Part shown: piece by piece, positions 34,476-42,215 of the stretch
Layout of the letters: each line of letters starts with the position of its first letter
Numbering within the stretch: position 1 is the stretch's first letter
Sequence record: MN840485.1
Strand: one strand, 5' to 3'
Length of the DNA stretch: 45,917 nt
DNA from: Escherichia phage 2725-N35
The notes under the pieces: generated by a model
What the model saw: only the letters and a program-made list of their open reading frames with translations
Told to the model about the DNA's origin: nothing
Database searches by the model: none
Made by a program: the position numbers and the translations under genes

Positions 34476-34720
34476 GTCTGAACTGTTTCTTGTTTCATGG
34501 CCCTGCCGGACCTGTACTCACTCTGAGTACTGCCATGGCAATTTGTGTAGTAGATTGCTCTATCGCCATCTCGGAATCGGTAGGCGGTACATCCATCCAC
34601 TGTGAATAGACGCTCCACATTGAATTCACCTGACTTAATCTGAACCTCCGGTGCCTTCTCGCAACCAGTAAGAGCAATCATTGCCGCAATAATGGTCATG
34701 CATGTCATTAAACGTTTCAT
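34460..34720 (-). CDS. Small lipoprotein; candidate Cor-like receptor-blocking/exclusion protein
   Basis: 86 aa; signal peptide with lipobox 'IALTGC'. Confidence 0.55.
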   Translation of the reverse strand: MKRLMTCMTIIAAMIALTGCEKAPEVQIKSGEFNVERLFTVDGCTAYRFRDGDRAIYYTNCHGSTQSEYRSGRAMKQETVQTDRTN

Positions 34721-34923
34721 TGCTTCTCCACCTCGTCCGCCGCCAGGATTAATGCCGACGCCAATTTGCGCGCCTTATCAGGACTGTAGTGCATCAGCAT
34801 CTGGCCGCCCCCATCGTCATCCGGATCAAAGTCCAGATATACAACGTCTTCTCCGCAAGCGCTTTTTGTGATTCCGACCTCAGCTTCGTCAAAGTGAACA
34901 TCTTCAATACGAAAATTTCCCAT
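34717..34923 (-). CDS. Hypothetical acidic small protein
   Basis: Start trimmed to an ATG downstream of the P-box -10 (alternative ATG at 34929); D/E-rich. Confidence 0.45.
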   Translation of the reverse strand: MGNFRIEDVHFDEAEVGITKSACGEDVVYLDFDPDDDGGGQMLMHYSPDKARKLASALILAADEVEKQ

Positions 34924-34944
34924 CTTCATTTCCTCTTTGTTGTC

Positions 34945-35005
34945 GATGTGGTAATCATATCCGATTACCCGATACATTGTTTAGCAATTCGTGCTATTTA
35001 GCACT
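34945..35005 (-). promoter_or_regulatory. P-box promoter
   Basis: AAATAGCACGAATTGCTAAAC, 22 nt, TATGATTACCACATCGACAACAAAGAGG. Confidence 0.6.
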
Positions 35006-35296
35006 TTAATCAATAAGACTTAAATTCAAAGCATGCAAGGCTTCTGTGCTGTTTTCATATCTATCGCCATCAAATACCCAGCTAGCACCATCCTTTGATT
35101 TGTATATCAACCCCTCGGTCTTTGCCTCTATGAATGTGTATGATTCCCTTTCCGTAACCACCTTTCGATACCCCTTTACTCCTCTTGATTTTCTTGATGA
35201 AAGGTATCTGATAACTCTCTCGCACCGATCCTCTTGAAAGCCATGCATATCCCAAATCGCCATCCTGAAGTGCTTGATTAGTGATTCTGTGTTCAT
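35006..35296 (-). CDS. Hypothetical protein
   Basis: Track ORF 35006..35341 begins upstream of the promoter -10; start moved to an internal ATG (uncertain). Confidence 0.4.
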   Translation of the reverse strand: MNTESLIKHFRMAIWDMHGFQEDRCERVIRYLSSRKSRGVKGYRKVVTERESYTFIEAKTEGLIYKSKDGASWVFDGDRYENSTEALHALNLSLID

Positions 35297-35324
35297 TTCA
35301 CTGTTCCACATTGCTGTTGGTGTG

Positions 35325-35375
35325 GTAATTATGCCATCCATGACATTACCGCGTTAGGCAAAAAGTGCTATTCAC
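35325..35375 (-). promoter_or_regulatory. P-box promoter (AAAAG-type upstream box)
   Basis: GAATAGCACTTTTTGCCTAAC, 22 nt, CATAATTACCACACCAACAG. Confidence 0.55.
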
Positions 35376-35478
35376 CGCTCATGGGTGATTTCATTTCCCA
35401 AAAGCATTCCATCTACGATACAAATCCATAGCCACCTCCACCTCTTCCTCACTGTACCGCAAGTGGTATGGTAGTCTA

Positions 35479-36027
35479 CTACTTAGTCTCCTTAATCATT
35501 TCCTGATAAGCATTAATCATTGTAACAGCGCCCTTAAGTTCTTCACCTTCCAAGCCAGCAACACTTGGTGACAGCTTGAGCAGTCTAGACTTGAACTTTT
35601 CAATGATAGCCGCCTCTTTCTCCGCTTCCTGCTTTTTCTTTTCGCGACTCCCAGTCCAGTGCGCGCCGTTCTCAATGTATATGACCAGGTATTTATCAGC
35701 GCCATCACCGTCGAAGCTACCGGGCCTTGTTTGCTCTCCGTCATCATCAATCCAGATGAACTTATATCTCGCTCGCTTATTAGCATCGCGAAGCTCTGTC
35801 ATTCTCGACACTGTGTTATAGATGTATGAGTTCTTTAGTTCCGGCATCGCCCTATCTGCCAGGTTGAGGATCTCACTAGTCTCTTCGTCATACACCATTT
35901 CAGGGTATTCCTTGCCTCGAACCAGTTTGAATATCTGGCTAACCGGAACTTTAAACTCACCACTCTCGGACACCATCGCGTTGCGCACCATCTCACGGAT
36001 AACTTCACCTAGTGTTACTTTCTGCAT
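35479..36027 (-). CDS. Hypothetical early protein
   Basis: 182 aa; first gene leftward of divergent region B. Confidence 0.5.
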   Translation of the reverse strand: MQKVTLGEVIREMVRNAMVSESGEFKVPVSQIFKLVRGKEYPEMVYDEETSEILNLADRAMPELKNSYIYNTVSRMTELRDANKRARYKFIWIDDDGEQTRPGSFDGDGADKYLVIYIENGAHWTGSREKKKQEAEKEAAIIEKFKSRLLKLSPSVAGLEGEELKGAVTMINAYQEMIKETK

Positions 36028-36039
36028 GTTGATACCTCG

Positions 36040-36110
36040 TTTGTTTTACTTCGTTTCAGTGACTGCTATATTGCCATCTATTTACGTGTCGGTCAATGTA
36101 TATTTTCGTC
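36040..36110 (-). promoter_or_regulatory. Promoter for the 36027-leftward operon (TTGACC -35-like, TATAGC -10-like)
   Basis: Minus reading: ATACATTGACCgacacgtaaatagatggcaaTATAGCagtcactGAAACGAAG; resembles P-box downstream half. Confidence 0.4.
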
Positions 36111-36305
36111 TATTTTATCATGGATACGCTTTTTGCCTCCAGAGGCCCCTCCATTGCTGGTTGTAAATGTGCCGTATCCGATGTGTACAGATTTTTGAAG
36201 CCATTCCCTATATATGTGCCTTTTATTCCTACAATGCCATCCATTTCTGACAGGTGTCAGAATATCTGCGCGGAACATATCAATAATCTCACCAATTACC
36301 GGTAT

Positions 36306-36372
36306 ACACAGTATACATATATATAATAATAATAATAATAATAAAGTAAAAGGTTGATATATATAGATATTA
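36306..36372. repeat. AT-rich element with (TAA)n microsatellite, copy 2
   Basis: acacagtatacatatatataataataataataataaagtaaaaggttgatatatatagatatt; matches copy 1 at ~9712..9775. Confidence 0.8.
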
Positions 36373-36479
36373 TATTGTATATCGTGTGTATATATCGCGT
36401 AAAAACGTAGGTTAGTGGTCACTAACTTTTGTGACGACACTGAGTATACGGAGGATACGCGTATATCCGTGAGGCTCCC

Positions 36480-36660
36480 ATAGATTGGTAAAAATCAACT
36501 TGTATGGTAGTCAATCCATCTTTCATTCACTCACTCACCACTTCATTTCACTTTTCGCAACAATCAAAAACATCATTGCATCTGAAGCAATATTGCTATA
36601 TGCGCAATAATCATGTGAATCATTGCAATATCTGCAACAATCCATAAATCTGACGAATGG
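36480..36660. repeat. Cluster of short direct/inverted repeats (iteron-like) in divergent region B
   Basis: Repeated GCAACAATC, CATTGCA(A)T, palindrome GCAATATTGC, and tcattcac/tcatttcac direct repeats. Confidence 0.5.
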
Positions 36661-36715
36661 CACTTTTTGCTAAAGACATGCGGGGATGGCGAGGATATAG
36701 TTAACTCATCAAAAC
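36660..36715 (+). promoter_or_regulatory. P-box promoter for the rightward small-gene operon
   Basis: AATGGCACTTTTTGCTAAAG, 23 nt, TATAGTTAACTCATCAAAACGAGG. Confidence 0.6.
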
Positions 36716-36727
36716 GAGGGGATAGAA

Positions 36728-36955
36728 ATGAAAGTAAAGGTTATTGATCTTGATTTCTGTGGTGATATTTATGATGACGAGTATGAGTACTATGGCATCA
36801 ATAAAGGCGGTGTGTATGAAGTGGTAACTACTTATCCTGACCTTGAGGCAATTGTAGTGGTTAACAAGTATTGCCGTAATGTTATGCTCTACAATAATGA
36901 GGTTGAGATCTATGAAGAAAAAATAAAGATGAATTACGTAATGAGTGCGCACTGA
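36728..36955 (+). CDS. Small protein, paralog family member 1
   Basis: MKVKVIDLDF...YYGINKGGVYEV; shares MKIK..FD...YYG(I/V).(N/D)G.VY(E/D)V pattern with two downstream ORFs. Confidence 0.55.
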   Translation: MKVKVIDLDFCGDIYDDEYEYYGINKGGVYEVVTTYPDLEAIVVVNKYCRNVMLYNNEVEIYEEKIKMNYVMSAH

Positions 36956-37101
36956 TTGGGCTTAACGAAGATTACACTGACCTTGTGTTGCGCGGAAAGT
37001 TGGACATAGACTTAGCTAAGCAATTCCAGTCAGAAGATGAATTCATGTGCTGCGATGGACTTGGCTGCGTCGAATGCTTACCATTTATTTGAGGATTGAG
37101 A

Positions 37102-37275
37102 TATGAAAATTAAGATTGTTAAGTTTGATACGATTTACACAACAGATTATTACGGCATTGACATTGGCAAAGTTTATGATGTGTTCATGGATTGCATGGA
37201 TGGAAGGGTTGTAATAATTGACGGTACATCTAAGCCGCTTGTTATTCATCCTGGTGAGTTTGAGGTGGTAGAATG
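37102..37275 (+). CDS. Small protein, paralog family member 2 (~58 aa)
   Basis: MKIKIVKFDTIYTTDYYGIDIGKVYDVF...; SD GAGG; coordinates approximate. Confidence 0.45.
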
Positions 37276-37512
37276 AAAATTCGCTGCAATAACGTTATTA
37301 CAAGCACCGACAAGAAAGTATTAACACCATTCGTAAAAGGCTCTGTATACGACGCTGAGCCGCTAATCATTAACGGCAAGACAATCCCGAACGAGTGGTT
37401 GATTAATGGCGCTGAGCGACCTCACAAGCACGATTCTGGGTGGATTGCCATTTCTGGCTGGAAGGTAGGAATGTTTATTCCTGGGATTGCAACTTTTGAT
37501 GAGGTGAAGTGA
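37273..37512 (+). CDS. Hypothetical small protein
   Basis: 79 aa, overlaps neighbours by 4 nt. Confidence 0.5.
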   Translation: MKIRCNNVITSTDKKVLTPFVKGSVYDAEPLIINGKTIPNEWLINGAERPHKHDSGWIAISGWKVGMFIPGIATFDEVK

Positions 37513-37700
37513 TGAAAATTAAATTAATCAGATTTGATTCAAATCACGCAGAAGACGAGAAAGAATTCTACGGAGTGGAGAATGGAGGGGTTTACGAAGT
37601 AATGCGACAGTATGAGTCTGGCGGGGTTAGCGTTAAGACGCCTTCCGGAAAGGAGCTCCCTTTGTTTACGTTCGAGTTTGAATACATTATGGAGGCCTGA
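37509..37700 (+). CDS. Small protein, paralog family member 3
   Basis: MMKIKLIRFDSNHAEDEKEFYGVENGGVYEV... Confidence 0.55.
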   Translation: MMKIKLIRFDSNHAEDEKEFYGVENGGVYEVMRQYESGGVSVKTPSGKELPLFTFEFEYIMEA

Positions 37701-37704
37701 GTAA

Positions 37705-37866
37705 TGCTATTACCATCTGAGATAAATTATTTCGATCTTGAGGTCGTAAGTGCCTATAGCGGAAAGGGCTGGCCTTGTGGAGATTGGTTCCGAGAGGACT
37801 TGCTAGAGAGTCACGAGATTATGCTTAAGGCGATAGAAAAAGCACGAAATAGCACGAATTGCTAAA
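37705..37866 (+). CDS. Hypothetical small protein (~53 aa)
   Basis: ORF MLLPSEINYFDLEV...; stop codon is the TAA of the next P-box (TTGCTAA); coordinates approximate. Confidence 0.35.
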
Positions 37867-37905
37867 TCCATACGTGGCTTTTCCTGTATATTAACCTCAT
37901 CGAAA
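37850..37905 (+). promoter_or_regulatory. P-box promoter
   Basis: AAATAGCACGAATTGCTAAAT, 22 nt, TATATTAACCTCATCGAAACGGGAG. Confidence 0.6.
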
Positions 37906-37918
37906 CGGGAGATGTAAA

Positions 37919-38098
37919 ATGAAAGTTTACTTACTTAATGCTTATACTGACTATGACGGTTTTGAAATTTGTGGTGTTTTTGATACAGAGGAGCTAGCTG
38001 AATTACAAAAGAATATACTAATAGGCATCGATATAGAACGTGGTTATGGTCCTGATTATTATCTCATTGAAGAATTTGACGTTAAGGTAGCGATTTAA
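37919..38098 (+). CDS. Hypothetical small protein (59 aa)
   Basis: ORF MKVYLLNAYTDYDGFEICG...; SD GGGAG; TAATG overlap with the next gene. Confidence 0.45.
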   Translation: MKVYLLNAYTDYDGFEICGVFDTEELAELQKNILIGIDIERGYGPDYYLIEEFDVKVAI

Positions 38099-38262
38099 TG
38101 TTCGACAATTTTTATGACGCAATGGAAGAGGCAGTATGCCGCGCGTCACTTGATGGAAAGATTTACGGTTTAGTCCAGAAGGTTGATAGGATTGTTGTGC
38201 GAATCGTGCGCAAATCAGTACCAAACAAATTCATGTGGACAACGAAGAGATTAACAAAATGA
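38098..38262 (+). CDS. Hypothetical small protein (54 aa)
   Basis: ORF MFDNFYDAMEEAVCRA...; ATGA overlap with the next gene. Confidence 0.4.
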   Translation: MFDNFYDAMEEAVCRASLDGKIYGLVQKVDRIVVRIVRKSVPNKFMWTTKRLTK

Positions 38263-38648
38263 CTAGTACACCTACTAAAAACTTCATTAGCAAAGAAAAC
38301 GTATTATACAAGGCTCGCGTTAAAAAGGTTCACCAATGGGTTAATGGTGTCCCTGAGGAGGTTGAGTTTGAGCAAATTAAGAAGAATGGCAAATGGATTA
38401 ACCTGGAAGAACGTGGAAAGTATATCAAGACCAAAACTATTTACTGCACAAAGGTTAACCAAAAGTCAGAACTTAAAAAATACTTTAAAGAAGGGAAACG
38501 CTATCAGGTGGCACTTCATGCTGGTCTTGGTCAGTCTGCCGGTTATATTTACGATGAAGATGGTAATGCCTGGCAGCTTTACCGCAGCGAGGACGTTGGT
38601 TTTTACACTCTTTGCCAGACTTACTTATTTGAAGCTCAATACATGTAA
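38259..38648 (+). CDS. Hypothetical protein
   Basis: Track ORF 38235..38648 trimmed to the ATG coupled to the upstream stop. Confidence 0.45.
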   Translation: MTSTPTKNFISKENVLYKARVKKVHQWVNGVPEEVEFEQIKKNGKWINLEERGKYIKTKTIYCTKVNQKSELKKYFKEGKRYQVALHAGLGQSAGYIYDEDGNAWQLYRSEDVGFYTLCQTYLFEAQYM

Positions 38649-38700
38649 ATAGCACAAATTGATAATGCTTTATAAGAGGTCGTTGATATAATGGCCTCTC
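38645..38700 (+). promoter_or_regulatory. P-box promoter (variant upstream box) with perfect TATAAT
   Basis: AAATAGCACAAATTGATAATG, 22 nt, TATAAT. Confidence 0.55.
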
Positions 38701-38722
38701 AAAAACAATACGGAGATAAGTA

Positions 38723-40306
38723 ATGTTTGATTTCAACGAAGATAAACTATCTGTTGAGCAGGTTATGGCAATTGCTGCTGCGGACAATCTTCCACCTCTG
38801 CGCGTCGCTATTAATGCTAATGGCTATCGCCAGTCTCAATCATTCTGGAAAGCGCCAGTCGAGATTGATGCAGCTAATGACAAGTATCCCGTAATCTCAC
38901 TCGGTAATGACATTGATGTTGTTGGGAAGCTGTCATCTAACATCGCTCGCTCAGTTCAGTTTCCTGAGTCTTCAGCATACATGCACTTCCTTGGGTGTAT
39001 TTCAGCCGCCATGCTTGGTCGATTCACTGTTGAGTACCACGGAACTCAGCAGCCAACATCTCTTTACGTAGTAACCAGTCAGCCACCATCCACAGGTAAA
39101 TCAGCAATTAACTCGCTTTCTATTGCGCCAATGATTGCTGAGACTGAGCGGCTTAATGAAGTGCGAAAGCGTGAGCGTAAAAAGATTATGGCAAAGCTGT
39201 CTGCATTATCCAAAGAGATGAAGCAGGAAAAGTCACCATCAGAGATGGCGTCTCTCTTTGAGGAGAAAGAGGATTTAGAGGAGAAGCTGGAAAAGATGTG
39301 CGATATCGTATTTCCAGTGTCAGATACCACTCCGGAAGGTCTTGCACGAATAAACAACCGCCAGGGTAACTTTGCTGTAATCTCGGATGAAGCAACTAGC
39401 GTCAACTCACTTCTTGGCATGACCTATGGTGACGGCTCTAAGAAAACGAACAGCGAGCTCGTACTCAAGGCGTGGGATGCTGGTAACGTGTCCATTGCGC
39501 GTGCGAACGCAGAAAACAACATGAGCTTCGTTGCTATGGGATGCATCTCTGTAATTGCGCAAGATGAGACAATAAACGCAATCATGAATGCTGGTGCTCG
39601 TGGTATTGGTGTGTCGGAACGTTTTCTACTTGTGCGTGAAAAATCATTCCTTGGCGAGCGTGTATTCGTCGATGAGAATGGAGACTCAACGTATGAGCCA
39701 ATTGATGGTAGCCTGAAGGCTGACTACTTCCGCCTGGTTCACGAAATCATGAGTGAGCAAGATGTTAAGTTGACGGTAAGCAACTCAGCGATGAAATATC
39801 TCAACCGAGCACGTCAGGAAATGGAGCCGCACCTTGCAGACGGCGGTAAGTATTCACACACAATGTTGCGCGGTGCTCTTGGTAAGTTCGATAAGCAGGC
39901 TATCAAGATTGCAGCGGTTCTTCACACGGTGCGTAACTGGTTCAACCCTAGCGGTGGGAGTCCACAGAAATCAAGAGAGATTGAGCTTGATACCATGCAA
40001 GAAGCCGTCATTATGTTTCAGGAACTTAGCAAGACTTATCTTTCATCCGCTAACGCCGCTGGTCACGCTGGCGACAATGCTGAGATGAACAAGTTGATTG
40101 ATATACTAATCAAGCAAGGCAAAAACGGAAAGGGCGTAGTTGGTATTCGCTCGTTGTATGAAGCTGCTCGCAAGGTTAAGCCATTCGAAGCTCAGGCTGG
40201 AGTGATGACGAAGATTAAAGATCACTTGCTGCCAATGCTTGATGAGAAAAACTACACGTGCCTGATTGGTGATAAGGTTTACATTAATCCGCGATTGCTG
40301 GGGTGA
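38723..40306 (+). CDS. P-loop NTPase of unknown function (Walker A/B)
   Basis: 527 aa; Walker A 'SQPPSTGKS', Walker B-like 'FAVISDEA'; a coiled-coil-like insert lies between them. Confidence 0.6.
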   Translation: MFDFNEDKLSVEQVMAIAAADNLPPLRVAINANGYRQSQSFWKAPVEIDAANDKYPVISLGNDIDVVGKLSSNIARSVQFPESSAYMHFLGCISAAMLGRFTVEYHGTQQPTSLYVVTSQPPSTGKSAINSLSIAPMIAETERLNEVRKRERKKIMAKLSALSKEMKQEKSPSEMASLFEEKEDLEEKLEKMCDIVFPVSDTTPEGLARINNRQGNFAVISDEATSVNSLLGMTYGDGSKKTNSELVLKAWDAGNVSIARANAENNMSFVAMGCISVIAQDETINAIMNAGARGIGVSERFLLVREKSFLGERVFVDENGDSTYEPIDGSLKADYFRLVHEIMSEQDVKLTVSNSAMKYLNRARQEMEPHLADGGKYSHTMLRGALGKFDKQAIKIAAVLHTVRNWFNPSGGSPQKSREIELDTMQEAVIMFQELSKTYLSSANAAGHAGDNAEMNKLIDILIKQGKNGKGVVGIRSLYEAARKVKPFEAQAGVMTKIKDHLLPMLDEKNYTCLIGDKVYINPRLLG

Positions 40307-40308
40307 CC

Positions 40309-40395
40309 TATGATTGAATCGATACTATTGATAATACTTGGTTTTGTTGTAACAACTTCGATGCTTCTATTTGTTTTGGCAGTGCTCGGGAGTTA
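40309..40395 (+). CDS. Tiny hydrophobic peptide (~28 aa), possible membrane peptide
   Basis: MIESILLIILGFVVTTSMLLFVLAVLGS; tightly packed between neighbours; coordinates approximate. Confidence 0.3.
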
Positions 40396-40398
40396 ATT

Positions 40399-40734
40399 AT
40401 GTTCATCCTTGACTTGTACCGGTTCTGCGAATCTTACAGCTATTTCACGCGCCAGCATTTGGCGCGATTCATCTACCAACACAAGGACTCCCAGAGATTC
40501 AGCAAGTCGGCAGGCTTATCGCATAGAGAGTTTTGCAGCGCTGCTTCAAAGGAGTTCTGCGCAAAGATGCTTAGTGCAGGTTACATTGATGGTAAGTGCG
40601 GTGAGTTTTCTAGCAATGGTAGCTTGAAGAGGCCATTTGAGTTTAACTTCGAGGCGCTTAACGGGTATCAAAGCAAGTACATAAAAGAGATGATGAATAT
40701 AGGAACAATGACTGACGACGAGTTATTTAGCTAA
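40399..40734 (+). CDS. Hypothetical protein
   Basis: 111 aa, last gene of the rightward operon. Confidence 0.5.
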   Translation: MFILDLYRFCESYSYFTRQHLARFIYQHKDSQRFSKSAGLSHREFCSAASKEFCAKMLSAGYIDGKCGEFSSNGSLKRPFEFNFEALNGYQSKYIKEMMNIGTMTDDELFS

Positions 40735-40736
40735 AA

Positions 40737-40765
40737 ATATAGCCTCCATTAGGAGGCTTTTTTAC
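40737..40765 (+). terminator. Rho-independent terminator ending the rightward operon
   Basis: GCCTCC-atta-GGAGGC then T6. Confidence 0.8.
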
Positions 40766-41138
40766 GTCTTAAGATTGATGCCATGAGAATTAAAACCAGC
40801 AGGCCCATAGCTCCTGTTCCAACCCACGGAAGCGCTGATGATTCGTTATTGGTAATCTCAATCTTTTCGGCTGTGATTGTAGAGGCCTTAATCGAGTTGT
40901 CAGCAGTCTTTTTCCCGCTAGAGCTATCCAGTGATCCGACCTTAGAATCTTTAACCGTGGCTTCACTGGAGCTGCTTGAGTCAACCTTGTTCGTTAACCC
41001 AACTCCAACCTTGTTATTCTCTGCACCAGCCTGCGCACTAATTTCCGGCTTACTGCCAATCAATCCGGTCAGTGCATCAGTCGCTGAACATCCAGATAAA
41101 GCTAAGCACATTACTAACGCTGCAATCCGCTTAAGCAT
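40749..41138 (-). CDS. Unimolecular spanin (u-spanin), putative
   Basis: N-terminal lipoprotein signal 'CLALSGC', Ser-rich periplasmic region, C-terminal transmembrane helix; immediately after the endolysin. Confidence 0.65.
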   Translation of the reverse strand: MLKRIAALVMCLALSGCSATDALTGLIGSKPEISAQAGAENNKVGVGLTNKVDSSSSSEATVKDSKVGSLDSSSGKKTADNSIKASTITAEKIEITNNESSALPWVGTGAMGLLVLILMASILRRKKAS

Positions 41139-41599
41139 AACTTAATCTCCTCATTCCTGCGGTTTACCAAGCCCTTAACCACAACCTTCTTGCCATTAAC
41201 GGTAGCTTTATTCCAAAGACTCAAAGACTTACAACCTTGCTCCACTTTACCCTGGTTGATTAGCCTTACAGCCGTAGACTTCCTCATCGCTGAGCCGCCA
41301 ACATTATAGCTAAAGCTGATTAACGCTGCCCTTGTCTGCGGTGCGATTGTGTAGGTAACTGCATCCTGAACATACTTAGCATGAATCTGGATGTGCTTCT
41401 CCAGTAAGTTCCGGCACTCACTATTGCTGTAGGTCTTACCCCAAACAACGTCAGGGCCAGTAACGCCAGAGCAAACAGTAGGGATTCCAGCAATGTCCAT
41501 GTAAGGCTTGTTTTCCACACCCTCTACGAGCTCAATAATCGGTGCTGCGATGTATATTGCCGCAGCCGTAGCCGCGCTAATTAGCAGCTTCTGCTTCAT
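41114..41599 (-). CDS. SAR endolysin (phage-21 R-like lysozyme)
   Basis: N-terminal signal-anchor-release helix; 'GKTYSNSECRNLL' and 'TRAALISFSYNVGGSAMRKS...INQGK' closely resemble P21 R. Confidence 0.85.
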   Translation of the reverse strand: MKQKLLISAATAAAIYIAAPIIELVEGVENKPYMDIAGIPTVCSGVTGPDVVWGKTYSNSECRNLLEKHIQIHAKYVQDAVTYTIAPQTRAALISFSYNVGGSAMRKSTAVRLINQGKVEQGCKSLSLWNKATVNGKKVVVKGLVNRRNEEIKLCLSGLQR

Positions 41600-41842
41600 T
41601 TACTTACTCCTTATATTGATTGCTGTTTTTAAGTCTCCTGATTCAAGAGCGCGCCGAATCGCCTGGCTATCCTTAAACTTCCAGTAAGCACCCCACGCAC
41701 CAAAAATGATTAAAGCGATAAGGCTGATTATTGCTATAGTCATCTGACCAGTTGCCGCTCCAGTTACCGCTGCCCCTCCAGTTGACGCCGTAGCGGCGTT
41801 GATTACTTCCCTCATGTGATCCTCCATTTGTCTATCTGTCAA
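41600..41842 (-). CDS. Holin (pinholin-like), with possible dual start
   Basis: Three in-frame ATGs (MTDRQ-MEDH-MREV), SD GGAGGA before the third; G/A-rich weak helix followed by a hydrophobic helix. Confidence 0.65.
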   Translation of the reverse strand: MTDRQMEDHMREVINAATASTGGAAVTGAATGQMTIAIISLIALIIFGAWGAYWKFKDSQAIRRALESGDLKTAINIRSK

Positions 41843-41944
41843 TGTTTAAGTTAGTAATAGAATGATACAGCAACCCTGCTCGGAAAAGAAGCATAAAAAG
41901 GGGAGCCAAAAGGCCCCCACTTGTAAAGCTATGTTTTAGATGCG

Positions 41945-42120
41945 CTAGTCTGCGATAATAAATTCAACCAGCGAACCATCAATCGGCGCTAAAATCCACG
42001 TCATATCGTCACCGTAAATCTTGTAATATCCATCCCCTTGATACTCTGCATTGTACGGCTGGTTAACTGTAAATGGCAGCGTTTTGGAGTTGTTTTTGGT
42101 GCAATAAATCATTTTAGTCA
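41945..42120 (-). CDS. Hypothetical small protein (~55-58 aa) upstream of the holin
   Basis: ORF MTKMIYCTKNN... following the P-box promoter; coordinates approximate. Confidence 0.3.
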
Positions 42121-42154
42121 TTTTGTGTTTCCTTGTTTAGTTCATCTCGTTTCT

Positions 42155-42215
42155 ATGTGGTAATTATGCCGCATTTCTACGGCATGCGTTAGGCAAAAAG
42201 TGCTATTAACTAAAC
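42155..42215 (-). promoter_or_regulatory. P-box promoter for the lysis cassette
   Basis: TAATAGCACTTTTTGCCTAAC, 22 nt, CATAATTACCACATAGAAACGAG. Confidence 0.55.
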
